Shown piece by piece: positions 38,562-50,640 of a DNA stretch of 64,000 bases. Under the pieces are notes generated by a model that saw only the letters and a list, made by a program, of their open reading frames with translations, did no database searches and was not told where the DNA came from. The DNA lies in contig NIVC01000172.1 in NCBI GenBank assembly GCA_002269645.1, forward strand, positions 582,558 to 646,557, in the 5' to 3' direction. The stretch is from Macrostomum lignano. Taxonomy: Eukaryota. The translations under genes and the position numbers were made by a program. Numbering within the stretch: the stretch's first letter is position 1; each line of letters starts with the position of its first letter.

Positions 38562-39455
38562 TCAAGAACAATCGAAGCTCGTGCAAATCGCGTCAAGAAC
38601 AATCGAAGCTCGTGCAAATCGCGTCAAGAACAATCGAAGCTCGTGCAAATCGCGTCAAGAACAATCGAAGCTCGTGCAGCTCGCGTCAAGAACAATTGAA
38701 GCTCGTGCAGCTCGCGTCAAGAACAATTGAAGCTCGTGCAGCTCGCGTCAAGAACAATTGAAGCTCATGCAGATCGCGTCAAGAACAATTGAAGCTCGTG
38801 CAGCTCGCGTCAAGAACAATTGAAGGTCGTGCAGCTCGCGTCAAGAACAATTGAAGCTCGTGCAGCTCGCGTCAAGAACAATTGAAGCTCGTGCAGCTCG
38901 CGTCAAGAACAATTGAAGCTCGTGCAGATCGCGCCAAGAACAATTGAAGCTCGTGCAGCTCGCGTCAAGAACAATTGAAGCTCGTGCAGCTCGCGTCAAG
39001 AACAATTGAAGCTCATGCAGATCGCGTCAAGAACAATTGAAGCTCGTGCAGCTCGCGTCAAGAACAATTGAAGCTCGTGCAGATCGCGTCAAGAACAATT
39101 GAAGCTCGTGCAGATCGCGTCAAGAACAATTGAAGCTCGTGCAAATCGCGTCAAGAACAATCGAAGCTCGTGCAAATCGCGTCAAGAACAATCGAAGCTC
39201 GTGCAAATCGCGTCAAGAACAATTGAAGCTCGTGCAAATCGCGTCAAGAACAATTGAAGCTCGTGCAGATCGCGTCAATAACAATTGAAGCTCGTGCAGA
39301 TCGCGTCAATAACAATTGAAGCTCGTGCAAATCGCGTCAAGAACAATTGAAGCTCGTGCAGATCGCGTCAAGAACAATTGAAGCTCGTGCAGATCGCGTC
39401 AAGAACAATCGAAGCTCGTGCAAATTGCGTCAAGAACAATTGAAGCTCGTGCAGA
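38562..39455. repeat. 31-bp minisatellite (GAAGCTCGTGCAGATCGCGTCAAGAACAATT)
   Basis: About 29 head-to-tail units with no spacers. Confidence 0.97.
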
Positions 39456-40540
39456 TGCGCGCAGAAACTGGACAAGCTTAGCAACCGGCGGTGGGAGGGG
39501 AGCTGTAGAACCGACGTCTGTTTGTCTGTGATGTCTGCAGGAATGCCGGGAGATCCATGTAAGCTGGACGGTGCTGTAAATTGACGTCTGTGCGAGATGA
39601 AGAATTCCTCTGATTAATCAGTTTCAATAAAGTCCTCAACTGGGTAATTACTCTTGCTTCAATTGGTTTCACGCAGAGATTTTAGGTCTATCGAATCTCC
39701 AAAGAGATTCATCCCCAGTTATGTGAGCTGCGGCGCCATCAATAGGCCTGATAACACTATGGCGACATCAATACAGTGCGGCACGTATCCTTGATACTTG
39801 ATTTTCTGTAGGTTGTTCTTGATCTCTTTCCTCCCCCAGCATCTGGTAGCTACCAGATGGGCAGAGCCAACTTAAATATAAGATATGTTGAAGAAATATC
39901 CAACAGTGTAATATCCAACAAAGCCATCCCAGGAACGAATGAGCTATTCTCTAGTGTTGACTAGATTGATTATATTGATAGAATTTTAACGATAGAAAAA
40001 AGTTTTTGACTTATCTAGTGCCACATATGGTAGAGCAGCTCGGAGATGGTTCAAGTGTGTGGGGAGAAAGTTACTCGTACGAGCGTAGAAGAGTCGATGA
40101 ATCTCATCGCAGACAGTTTCAGTTCAAGACATGGACGGATTGTTAGACCAGTTCAACATGCCTCCATATGCGCCACAAGTCATTCCCGATCTGTCTCTCC
40201 GAGTTTCTGCTGAATCTGCTGAAAAGTCAAATCTATTCAAATCTAATGACGTCCGTTTTTTCATTTCTAACTAAATTACCAAAAATGGACCATGAAATTT
40301 GGAAGTTTGCGCAGTTAATTGCTTCTGACCCACGGTAAACGCAGCTGAGCTAGCTCGTATCAAAGCGTGGGACACGTGTTCACTTAGGAAACCAATTAAG
40401 CTACTCTACTAATGACCACGAAATCGCCAAATGGATTTGATCACAGCCGCCTGATTTGGTAAGCAAACATACGTGAGTGGTTGGGGCACTTAGCAACGGC
40501 ACTGCCTATTTTAATTGTTTGAACAGATGAAGCAGAGCAC

Positions 40541-40547
40541 TATAAAT
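40541..40547 (+). promoter_or_regulatory. TATA box of the Tyr/Ser-rich gene
   Basis: TATAAAT 80 nt upstream of ATG 40621. Confidence 0.55.
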
Positions 40548-40620
40548 GAAAGCCTAAAATGCTGTCAAATCTGCTATTTCTTGCGTAGACTTCGACAACC
40601 ATTTGAAAAATTCTCCAGAC

Positions 40621-41202
40621 ATGAAAGCCGCCGCACTGCTTTGCTGCCTGCTAGGCTTCACACTTGTAGCCTCTGGGCAGGGCCGGTACACCAGCTACGT
40701 TTCCTACCTGCCGTCGGCGAGTTGCTATCCGAGCCACTATGGCAGCTCTTATCGGAGCTCTTCTAGCTGGACCACCCACTACAGCTCCTACCGTCCAAGC
40801 TACAGCTCCTACTACCCGAGCTACAGCTCCTACCGTCCAAGCTACAGCTCCTACTACCCGAGCTACAGCTCCTACCGTCCAAGCTACAGCTCTTACTACC
40901 CGAGCTACAGCTCCTACCGTCCAAGCTACAGCTCCTACTACCCGAGCTACAGCTCCTACCGTCCAAGCTACAGCTCCTACTACCCAAGCTACAGCTCCTA
41001 CCGTCCAAGCTACAGCTCCTACTACCCGAGCTACAGCTCCTACCGTCCAAGCTACAGCTCCTACTACCCAAGCTACAGCTCCTACCGTCCAAGCTACAGC
41101 TCCTACTACCCGAGCTACAGCTCCTACCGTCCAAGCTACAGCTCCTACTACCCGAGCTACAGCTCCTACCGTCCAAGCTACAGCTCCTTCCGTCGTTACT
41201 AG
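40621..41202 (+). CDS. Secreted Tyr/Ser/Pro-rich repeat protein (193 aa), single exon
   Basis: Signal peptide MKAAALLCCLLGFTLVASG followed by 9.5 x YSSYRPSYSSYYPS (42-nt unit); clean stop; upstream TATA; variation between units is synonymous. Confidence 0.8.
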   Translation: MKAAALLCCLLGFTLVASGQGRYTSYVSYLPSASCYPSHYGSSYRSSSSWTTHYSSYRPSYSSYYPSYSSYRPSYSSYYPSYSSYRPSYSSYYPSYSSYRPSYSSYYPSYSSYRPSYSSYYPSYSSYRPSYSSYYPSYSSYRPSYSSYYPSYSSYRPSYSSYYPSYSSYRPSYSSYYPSYSSYRPSYSSFRRY

Positions 41203-42068
41203 ACGACTACTGGTAATTCCATCTGCCATGTAAGGATTTCGTCGACTGAACACGGTTAAGGCGGTGTTGGATGAAAAAACTGTCAATCTATCGATAAATA
41301 ACGCTACAATCTTTGCGCTCTGCCACAGAAAGTTCAACCAGGAACCATCAGCAAAAATATAATAAGCTTGTGCGGCCATTGTTTGAGATCAGATAACACT
41401 ACAGATGCATGACACATTTCCTGTCTGATTCTTTTATTCATTCAAGTTGTCATTCAAAATACACTAATACATAAATTCTAATGTATTAGAAGAAATTTAC
41501 AGGATATAGACGAAGAGCTATAAAGCACTTCTGTTTTATCCGCACTGAGATTCCGAGAAACTAAAAAAGATACTAGCCAGGATAAAGTTCCATGATAAAA
41601 GTTATAAAATGTCCACTTAATCTTCAATTGCTCGGGAAAAGCTTAAATTTGAATTTTCCATAGTTCATCAAGACTACTTGCAGTAGAATATTCTAGACCT
41701 CCATACTTTCCTGGTACTCGGGCATTTCGACAGTAAAAAACAATGAATTGAAAAAATCTCTGAATTAAAAAATTCTTGCAAAATAATCTGGGCCTTCTTA
41801 TTTATTTATTTATCGGTGTTTAAATGTAAAATACATTTCTGAGAGGCATGGCCTCACATATTGTGTCACTGCAGCGACATCAAGGAGGTTAGCATTGCAC
41901 AGACACTGGACACTCTACTGCATGAAAAATACGAGTGGGTGATCGACAGTAAAAACTGAGGAGAAACCGAGTGCAGAGGCATTCAAAAGCTGCTACTGTA
42001 TGCCAGAGAGGCTGCTATGGTCGCCTCTCTTCTGTTGGGAAACTCTGCAGGGAAAGAAGTCTCAGGAG

Positions 42069-43010
42069 CTACAGTTGCTCCCGCACGCGACGTCCTGAGC
42101 GACGTCCAGGCGCTACTGAAGTCGGCATCAGCGGCCTGCCGCCGCCAAGGCAGCCTGGCAGGGAGGCCCGAATCACCTGCTGAGCCTGATGCGGCTCCGT
42201 TGTCACCTGGTGATGCATCGAGCCAGCGGAAGCCAGGCAGGACGACTGTTGGCTGGTCTTGGAGCACTGGCACGACTCGCACTGGCCACAGCCGACCAGC
42301 TCCAGCATCAGATTCAGCCGGCTGACCACCACCTGCTGGAAATCGTTGCTGCTGTTGGTGTGGTGCTGCTGGTATTGTTGCTGAGGCTGAGGCTCAGAGA
42401 AGCTGGCATCCTGGCCCTGATCCCCAGACGAGAGCATCGGGATGCTGGAGTTCAACTTAGTGCTTGATGAGAAGACTGTCGGCTGGTATTCAGTCGTCAT
42501 CTTGCCAACGCGCTGGTGCTGCTGAGGTTGCTGCTGCTGACGGCAGAACTCAGCTGCCTCTTGCTGCATCATGGACGGCACCTGCGGCAGTCGCTGCTGC
42601 TGCTGACGACGCAACTGCGGCTTGCCGTCGGCTGTGACGGTGAGGCTGCGGCCGTACAAGGTGCTTTGAGGCTCGTCGAACTGAGCGCTTAGCGCAGTCG
42701 GATCGGCCCGGTGTCTGCCGGTAGTGGTCTGCGGTTGCTGCATGCAGGTGTCTGGAACCGGTACCTTACACGATCGCTGACTCTGCTTGTGTGCGCAACC
42801 CATGCTGGCCTTATTGGGTCTCTGCGGCTTCTGCTGCTGAATTTGCATCTCCATTTGCTGTTGCTGCTGCCTGCTGCGAGACTGTTTGCCGCCAGTGGCT
42901 CTGGGCTGGGGACTCTGATCGTACATGGAAATCTGCTGCTGGTGATGGAGGCGGCTGTTGCCACAGCTTCTGATGGCATCTTCTGAGACATTCGGGTGTC
43001 GCTTCGGAGC
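42069..43010 (-). CDS. Gln-rich low-complexity protein, exon 2
   Basis: Acceptor CTCTGCAG at 43011 joins in phase 0 to ORF 42069..42926; no recognisable domain. Confidence 0.55.
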   Translation of the reverse strand, partial: APKRHPNVSEDAIRSCGNSRLHHQQQISMYDQSPQPRATGGKQSRSRQQQQQMEMQIQQQKPQRPNKASMGCAHKQSQRSCKVPVPDTCMQQPQTTTGRHRADPTALSAQFDEPQSTLYGRSLTVTADGKPQLRRQQQQRLPQVPSMMQQEAAEFCRQQQQPQQHQRVGKMTTEYQPTVFSSSTKLNSSIPMLSSGDQGQDASFSEPQPQQQYQQHHTNSSNDFQQVVVSRLNLMLELVGCGQCESCQCSKTSQQSSCLASAGSMHHQVTTEPHQAQQVIRASLPGCLGGGRPLMPTSVAPGRRSGRRVREQL

Positions 43011-43096
43011 CTGCAGAGGTTAGGTTAGAGGTTAGGAGCACAGATATTTCCCGCTTCAGTGTAAATGCAAACTGCATCTGATTTACACGTACTTAC

Positions 43097-43537
43097 CCGA
43101 ACTTCTAGTGGAGGATTCTCCAATGAGCTGCAGTCGCTCTCTTCATTTGAAGACGGTCCTATTGGGTCATTGGCGCTGACGTACTCGACTGGAACTTTAC
43201 TGCAGGTTCGCTGCGTTTGCTGGGCTTGCATATCGGATGGCTGCTGCTGATGCATCCTTGACAATGCGGTCTGTCTCTGGTGGAACTGCTGCTGCTGCTG
43301 CCACTGCTGAGGCTGTTGCTGTTTCTGCTGCAGATGTTGGCGCCTGCAGCTGGAAGTGACAACTGATGCCGACTTCTTCGATTTGTAGATCTTGTGAGGC
43401 TCCATACTGTGATCGCCGCTATCCATCGGCCTCATCGGAGGCTGGTAGCTGTTGTCTTCGTCATCGTAGGCATCGTCATCCATCGGGCTGGCACAGTGGT
43501 ATTGCTGATGCGTCATCGGCGACATTGATGGCTGCAT
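43097..43537 (-). CDS. Gln-rich low-complexity protein, exon 1
   Basis: ATG 43537; consensus donor GTAAGT at 43096; 86-nt intron. Confidence 0.55.
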
Positions 43538-44979
43538 GGTGAGTTGCGCGATTGGGTGAGTTGCAGCTTTTTTGGAGAAAGACGAAAGCTAGCTATAAAG
43601 GCTATATCCTTTTTTCAAAATATAAGAGTTAACAGTAGATACGAGTACTTCGACGTATTTTCCATAGACATTAATTATTTTCTTGCTTTTGGTTATGTCC
43701 CTATGAATTCATATGTAATGTAAGATCAAGCATTTCTCTATACATGTACTGTTAGAGAACTAATAAAGACGCGACGGGTCTGCAGCTAAGAAGGCTGAAA
43801 CGTCGAGGCACACGTAGCGCCTGAGGAATTGATGGATCGTTTTTGCCCGAATCTGCAGCAAGGACGACTGTAGTATAATAGTGTAGTACATGTTGGTCTT
43901 TTGGTCTGCAGCTGTACATGTACATGTATATTGGTATCATTTCGAACACACTTACTCATATTTCTCCACACATAATTCAGTTTACGCTCAAAGTTTCAGC
44001 TTAAACTAGTTCTCGTTACAAGTATATAGCAGCTAGAAACGTAGAATTTCAAAGCTGACGTACTAGATAAAAGAAGCTTGTAAAATCTGATAAAAGAAGC
44101 TGCTTGCTGCTTCCTAAACAGCTTAACTAAATTTTAATTAATCAAAGCATAACGTCTTTGTATCCAGACAAAGCTACCGCATATTAAATTCTATAGGCCT
44201 CTAACAAATTTCGTTACAATACATAGCTGTATACAGGTAAGAAAAAAGACAACTTTTGTTGTACTTCCATCACTGTTTTTCTGCAGGCGTTCAACTTACA
44301 CTGCTTCTTAGAAAATATGTTTTGTTGTTTAATATTCGATTCGATCGATCGATTTAGGCCTACTCGAATACTCGCTGGCACTAGTGACAGACAATGAATA
44401 TACACAGTTCTAAATACTACGCACACTGGCAACATGTTTATAACTTCATAACCACCGTCCGTCACTTCTATAGTGTGCCAAAATACTTTTGTAGACGTAG
44501 AGGATTGTCTTTTAATAATCAGAACGAATGTACAAAAAATATAATTGGGCCTACTGACCTGTCTACAATAAAATATTAATATAAAAAATAATGTCTGTAA
44601 CAGTAACAGTCTGTTAAGCAGTTAAGCTAGGTTTATTGCCATAAAAATGATACAAAGACCATTGGCTACATTTTTATATTCAATTTGGTAGGCCTATCAT
44701 TCTCAAATTCAGAATGCCAATGTCAATTACAAATCTCAAAGACAATGGCATTACATTAGTAAAAGCAGCATAGTTCTTAGTCCATTTTTTACATAAAACC
44801 AGTTTTTTAATTTTGTTTTTGTCTTTTATAATGTCAATCATAAAATTTATGATAAATAGCAAACTTTATCTCTAAACTAAATATATTGATGATTTGTTAG
44901 AAAATTAATAGTGTTCTAGACCAAATACCATATTCCACTTACTCTAGATCATGTTGAGTCATTTTGAGTAAATGCTAAC

Positions 44980-45382
44980 TAGAGGTCGGATGGGATTGAA
45001 ATCTTTGATCGGGATTGGGAATAATTTTTTTCTTGGGATTGGGATTGGGATCAGGATTCAGGAATTGGGATCAGGTCTTTTAGTGTATTGTAGCTTGTAG
45101 GTCCATATAAAGTTAAACAAAATTGAGCTAAAAATGTCAAGATCAAAAAGTAGAATACAACAAAATTGATGCAAAGTTTTATAACCAACAAATTAATAAT
45201 ATAATAAGTACAAGGTAAAACAAAATACATTCAAGTAATCACTAATTCTATAAATTTTTAATCAAAAGACCTGTTCCCATTTCTCATGTTTTTTAGGGTT
45301 GGGATTCTAGTCCCGCGGGAATCCAATTTTCCTTGGGATCTCAAGATTTTGGGATTGGGATCGGGATCCCATCCAACCTCTA
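44980..45382. mobile_element. hAT-type MITE (403 bp)
   Basis: TIRs TAGAGGT(C/T)GGATGGGAT; perfect 8-bp TSD ATGCTAAC (44972-79 and 45383-90); subterminal GGGATTGGGA repeats. Confidence 0.9.
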
Positions 45383-46769
45383 ATGCTAACACTAAATTCA
45401 TAATATTTACTTAACCAAATGCACACTAGAAACTTCTAGTATGAATGATATCTTTTGATCATTTTAACTAAATATACTAAATTTATATATTATATTTATA
45501 ACAGTGATACTATGGCATTAGGCCCTATGGCCTATAGGCATAAAAATTATACTGTATAATAAAAAGTATAAAACCTTTTGAGATAGATTCCTTTTTAATT
45601 GGTACTTTAAATGCTTATTTTTCTTAATTATAAAATATTAAAAAAAATTATAGATAGTATTTTTATATGGCCATCTTTTTGTTTAAGCCCTCAAAAATAA
45701 CTTTGCTAAAATATTATAATACTTTGCCAAGATGTTGCATAGCCTTATAAAAATACAAATATACAAAATCCCTGATTTATACTAGTTGTGCAACTTACTT
45801 TTTGACCAAAAATATGACTTACCTATGGAAGAAACTCTAAAGAAAATTTATATGCAATTTTGGGTAAACAAAGACTAACTATGATTGTCTTATTAGGCTA
45901 AATGTCTTATTATCTAATTAGTACTATGTCTATTTTCTTGGGTGGGCATTTTTGACTTACCTTGACTAGGCCCCTTGCTAGCTGGCAGATTGGCTAAGTC
46001 AGCTATGTGTTGCACATGTATGATTAAAAATTATAATTTTTATGATTTCTCTATAATTTTATTTACATCTATTAAATTAAACATCTAATTTAATTTTTTT
46101 ACCAAAAGGAATATTGTTGAATAGTATATATTATTATATAGACACCTAGTTACTATTGTTAGCATATATTTATATAAAACTACAAGCCAATCTTGCTGTA
46201 TAAATTATAGTAAATCAGGGGTAACTTCCAAAATTAATACCAACAATAAAAAAACAAAAATATAATATGGCAAAAAGGCAAAACAACAATGAAAGAAAGC
46301 TAGTATAATCTTTGTTGTTGTATACTTCTTGAGCTTTTGCCATAATTTAGTTGTTAAAAACAATAGAATTAATTTTTGTTGTATTTATTAAGCTTTTCTT
46401 TGACAAAGTCTCTAATTTTTTAAGTAGTATTGATAATATGAGCATATCAACTAGTTTTTTAAGTAGTATTGATAATATGAGCATATCAACTAATTTTTAA
46501 AGTAGTATTGATAATATGAGCATATCAACTAATTTTTAGGTTTAAAAATGAGTAGCATAATAGAACTGCCATTTCCACCAAAGCCAACATGCACCTAGAA
46601 GCAACTTGGCTTATCTGTATTGTATAATCTTGCACCACAGCGCAGTGCAGTCTTCTTATATAAACTGACTGCAGAGAGTGCCACTTAGTTTTTGCTTGCA
46701 CTTGTCAACTGGTTAGCTAGTATTAAGCAGTTGCGTGGCTTCTATTTAAGCCTCCAGCCACGCCAACCA

Positions 46770-47413
46770 ATGTCGCGCTCCTGTCGACGCAGTCGCGGCG
46801 GAGGAGGGCCAGCAGGCAGCAGCACTGCTGATAATGTCGGCGGCGGCGGCGGTGGCAGAGGCTCTGTTGTCTTTGCAATGCGCGACTTCTTTCGTCAGAT
46901 TGGCGGCAGCGGCAGCGGAGGCAGCAGAAAGCGGTCCAAAAAGTCAACAGCTTCAGCACTGTCAGGCCCAGCCAGCAGCAGCAGCGTCGCTGTCCCCGGA
47001 CCTTCAGGATTGTCCACGGCCGCCGCTGCCGCTGCCGCTAATTCAGCGTCAAGCGACTCGATCGCATCCGGATGCCCCGAGCAGCGCCGAAGTCCAGCCG
47101 CTGCATTCGCGGACATCGCCGGCCTGGTAGAGTGTCCGGTGTGCACTGAGAGCCTGCCGCTGGCCCAGTTCCCTCCTATGCTGCTGGACTGCGACCACTT
47201 CGCCTGCCACGCCTGCCTGCGCACCAGCATGCGCCTCTGCATCTCCGAGGGCCTGCCGGCCACCTGCCTGTCCTGCAACAACCGGCTGCACCCGGCCGAT
47301 GTCGATTCCATCGTTGACGAGGAGCGGCTCCGGCTGAAGTACGAGCAGTTCACCCTGCGCCGCGTGCTGGCTGCCGATCCTGACTGTCGCTGGTGCCCGG
47401 CGCCCGACTGCAA
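46770..47413 (+). CDS. RNF19: RBR E3 ubiquitin ligase, RNF19 family, exon 1 (RING1, start of IBR)
   Basis: ECPVC..CDHFACHACL..CLSCNNRLHP..KYEQFTLRRVLAADPDCRWCPAPDC; donor GTGAGC (phase 2). Confidence 0.9.
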
Positions 47414-47460
47414 GTGAGCGATGTGGCTGTTTTCTGCCTTCGATCTGCAGAATTTTCCCC

Positions 47461-47597
47461 TCTCAGCCTCAGTTGCTGGGCCACCTCCAGCCTCCCAGAT
47501 CCTTAATTGCTGAGCTAGCCTTATAGATCCTCAGTTGCTGGGCCAGCCTCCCAGATCCTCAGTTGCTGGGCCAGCCTCCCAGATCCTCAGTTGCTCA
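47461..47597. repeat. 28-bp intronic minisatellite (CCCAGATCCTCAGTTGCTGGGCCAGCCT)
   Basis: About 4 units; the same family occurs at 51577-51891. Confidence 0.85.
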
Positions 47598-47660
47598 GTG
47601 CACCTGTAAGCAACCCATTCTCACCGCGGCGGTTCGCACTGGCCTGCTTCCCCATCGCAG

Positions 47661-48213
47661 ATACGCGGTCATCGCCACTGGCTGCGCCAGCTGTCCCCAA
47701 CTCGAGTGCCCGGTTTGCCGCATCCAGTTCTGCTACCACTGCAAGACCGAATGGCATCCCAGCACCACGTGCGAGCAGGCCAGGATCGAGCGCCAGACGG
47801 CCGAGGTGCTGGCGGCCGCCAGGGCTGGCGCGGACATCCTGTCCCTGTCCTCGCGCTCCGAGTCCATCGCTGAAATCAAGCAGTGCCCCCGCTGCGCCAC
47901 CTACATTACTAAGGAGAATGACGGCAGCTGCAACCACATGCGCTGCAAGATGTGCGGCTCGGAGTTCTGCTGGCTATGCCGGAAGGAGATCACGGACCTG
48001 CACTATCTCAGCCCCAGCGGCTGCACCTTCTGGGGCAAGAAACCCTGGTCTAGGAAGAAGAAAATCCTATGGCAGCTGGGAACTCTGATTGGCGCTCCCA
48101 TTGGTATAGCACTGCTGGCCGGCCTGGCTGTGCCAGCCATCACAATGGGTGTCCCGGTCTGGGTTGGTCAGCAGGCTAACAATAGACTGAAGCGGGGCGA
48201 TGGACTGCTTCGG
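47661..48213 (+). CDS. RNF19: RNF19-family ligase, exon 2 (IBR, RING2, first TM segment)
   Basis: [69 protein letters not shown] is RNF19-diagnostic; donor GTGAGT. Confidence 0.93.
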
Positions 48214-48235
48214 GTGAGTGCTGTGGTGTACTTTA

Positions 48236-49335
48236 ATCCCCGATCCTTCAGCTCCGCTTCAACCCCGATCCTTCAGCTCCGCTTCAATCCCCGATCCTTC
48301 AGCTCCGCTTCAATCCCCGATCCTTCAGTTCCGCTTCGATCCCCGATCCTTCAGCTCCGCTTCAGCCACTTAAATCTATTAGCTTCAGTCATCACCTGAA
48401 TCTATCAGCCTCAGTCACCTGAATCTATCAGCCTCAGTCACCTAAATCTACCAGCCTCAGTCACCTGAATCTATCAGCCTCAGTCACCTGAATCAATCAG
48501 CCTCAGTCACCTGAATCAATCAGCCTCAGTCACCTGAATCAATCAGCTTCAGTCACCTGAATCAATCAGCCTCAGTCACCTGAATCAATCAGCCTCAGTC
48601 ACCTGAATCAATCAGCTTCAGTCACCTGAATCAATCAGCCTCAGTCACCGAATCAATCAGCCTCAGTCACCTGAATCAATCAGCCTCAGTCACCGAATCA
48701 ATCAGCCTCAGTCACCTGAATCAATCAGCCTCAGTCACCTGAATCAATCAGCCTCAGTCACCGAATCAATCAGCCTCAGTCACCGAATCAATCAGCCTCA
48801 GTCACCTGAATCAATCAGCCTCAGTCACCTGAATCAATCAGCCTCAGTCACCTGAATCAATCAGCTTCAGTCACCTGAATCAATCAGCTTCAGTCACCTG
48901 AATCATTCAGCCTCAGTCACCTGAATCAATCAGCCTCAGTCACCGAATCAATCAGCCTCAGTCACCTGAATCAATCAGCCTCAGTCACCGAATCAATCAG
49001 CCTCAGTCACCTGAATCAATCAGCCTCAGTCACCTGAATCAATCAGCCTCAGTCACCGAATCAATCAGCCTCAGTCACCTGAATCAATCAGCCTCAGTCA
49101 CCGAATCAATCAGCCTCAGTCACCTGAATCAATCAGCCTCAGTCACCGAATCAATCAGCCTCAGTCACCTGAATCAATCAGCCTCAGTCACCTGAATCAA
49201 TCAGCTTCAGTCACCTGAATCAATCAGCTTCAGTCACCTGAATCAATCAGCTTCAGTCACCTGAATCAATCAGCCTCAGTCACCGAATCAATCAGCCTCA
49301 GTCACCTGAATCAATCAGCCTCAGTCACCCGAATC
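48236..49335. repeat. Intronic minisatellites (25-26-bp unit, then 22-23-bp TCAGCCTCAGTCACCTGAATCAA)
   Basis: Fill intron 2 of RNF19. Confidence 0.95.
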
Positions 49336-49360
49336 CCAGCAACCCCTCTGCCCCAAGCAG

Positions 49361-50320
49361 CGCAGCCGGGCCAGACGGCACTGCCTGGTAACCGTGGCTG
49401 TGTGCGGCAGCGCCCTCCTATCGCCGGTAGTCGCGGTGCTCAGCGTGGGAGTGTCGGTGCCGATCCTGCTGGCCTACGTGTACGGCGTGGTCCCCGTTTC
49501 GCTGTGCCGCGCCAACGGCTGCGGCATCCTGCAGGACGAGGATCCCGAAGACGACGACGAAGACATGGAGCTCCACGGCACTGCGGATGCCGACCAGGGC
49601 CTGTCGTTCAGCAGTCGGAGCGGCTCAAGGCCCGTCGTAGACCTGATGGCGGGGCATCGCGGAGGCGGCGCCGGCGGGAACTCATCCGCCGCCGGCTCGA
49701 CATCAGGCGCCGTGGCCCCGGCGGCATCTGTAGAACGCGATCTGGCCAGCGGCTGCTCGCAGGCGGACGCGCAGACCGAGGAGTCCATTAGCCTGGTGCT
49801 GGTGTCCTCCGGCCGCGAAGCCAAAGTTGCCGCCGCCGGTGCCGCCGCCGGTGCCGCCGCCTCGGCCGCCGCGGTCGCCCTGCAGCAGCAGAAAAAACAG
49901 AATCTGCAACAGAAACTGAAAAAGCAGCAATGGGAGGACGAGTCGCACGGCCCGCTGCTGCTGCCGGACCAGCAGTCCGACGGGTCCAATTCTATCGTAT
50001 CCTTCAGCCTCGTTGCCAGCGGCTGCAGCTCCGGCCGGCAGCGCCATCCCGCATCTTCATCGTCAAGATGTCACCAGCAGCAGCATCATCAGCATCATCA
50101 TCATCAGCAGCAGACGACTCAAGCAGAAGTCCTGGCCTATAATCAGCACTGTTCCAATGCCAACTCGGCAACAGGAGCATCAGCTGCTGCCACTGGCTGT
50201 CGCGTTGGCAGCTTTGAATCGCTGGACGATAAGCGCAGTTGCTCTCTGTCTGTGTACACCGTGGACACTAACGATGCGAGCATGCTGGGACTGACTGGCA
50301 GCATTGCGGGCGGTCGGTGA
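49361..50320 (+). CDS. RNF19: RNF19-family ligase, exon 3 (second TM segment, low-complexity tail)
   Basis: SPVVAVLSVGVSVPILLAYVYGVVPVSLCR matches RNF19 TM2; acceptor AAGCAG in phase 0; a further exon near 51199-51512 is possible. Confidence 0.88.
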   Translation, partial: RSRARRHCLVTVAVCGSALLSPVVAVLSVGVSVPILLAYVYGVVPVSLCRANGCGILQDEDPEDDDEDMELHGTADADQGLSFSSRSGSRPVVDLMAGHRGGGAGGNSSAAGSTSGAVAPAASVERDLASGCSQADAQTEESISLVLVSSGREAKVAAAGAAAGAAASAAAVALQQQKKQNLQQKLKKQQWEDESHGPLLLPDQQSDGSNSIVSFSLVASGCSSGRQRHPASSSSRCHQQQHHQHHHHQQQTTQAEVLAYNQHCSNANSATGASAAATGCRVGSFESLDDKRSCSLSVYTVDTNDASMLGLTGSIAGGR

Positions 50321-50387
50321 GTTGCCGGGCTATCCAAGTATTATTGTTGCGTCGTGGCTGATTTATACGAGTGAAAATATGATATTG

Positions 50388-50640
50388 CTACTATCAGTAG
50401 AGTATTAAAGACATTATGTTTTAGATTTAACGTATTTTCCTTATATTTCTACTATCAGTAGAGTATTGAAGACATCATACTTTAGATTTAACGTATTTTA
50501 CTCATATTTCTACTATCAGTAGAGTATTTAAGACATTAAATTTAGATTCAACGTATTTTTCTTATATTTCTATTATCAGTAGAGTATTGAAGACATGTTT
50601 TTGATTGAATGTTTTTCCTTAAATTTCTACTATCAGAAGG
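50388..50640. repeat. About 61-bp AT-rich tandem repeat
   Basis: Four diverged units starting CTACTATCAGTAGAGTATT. Confidence 0.8.

Noticed and set aside
38562-39455. 31-bp repeats of CRISPR-like length
   Set aside because: Units are head-to-tail with no spacers, there are no cas genes, and the context is eukaryotic.
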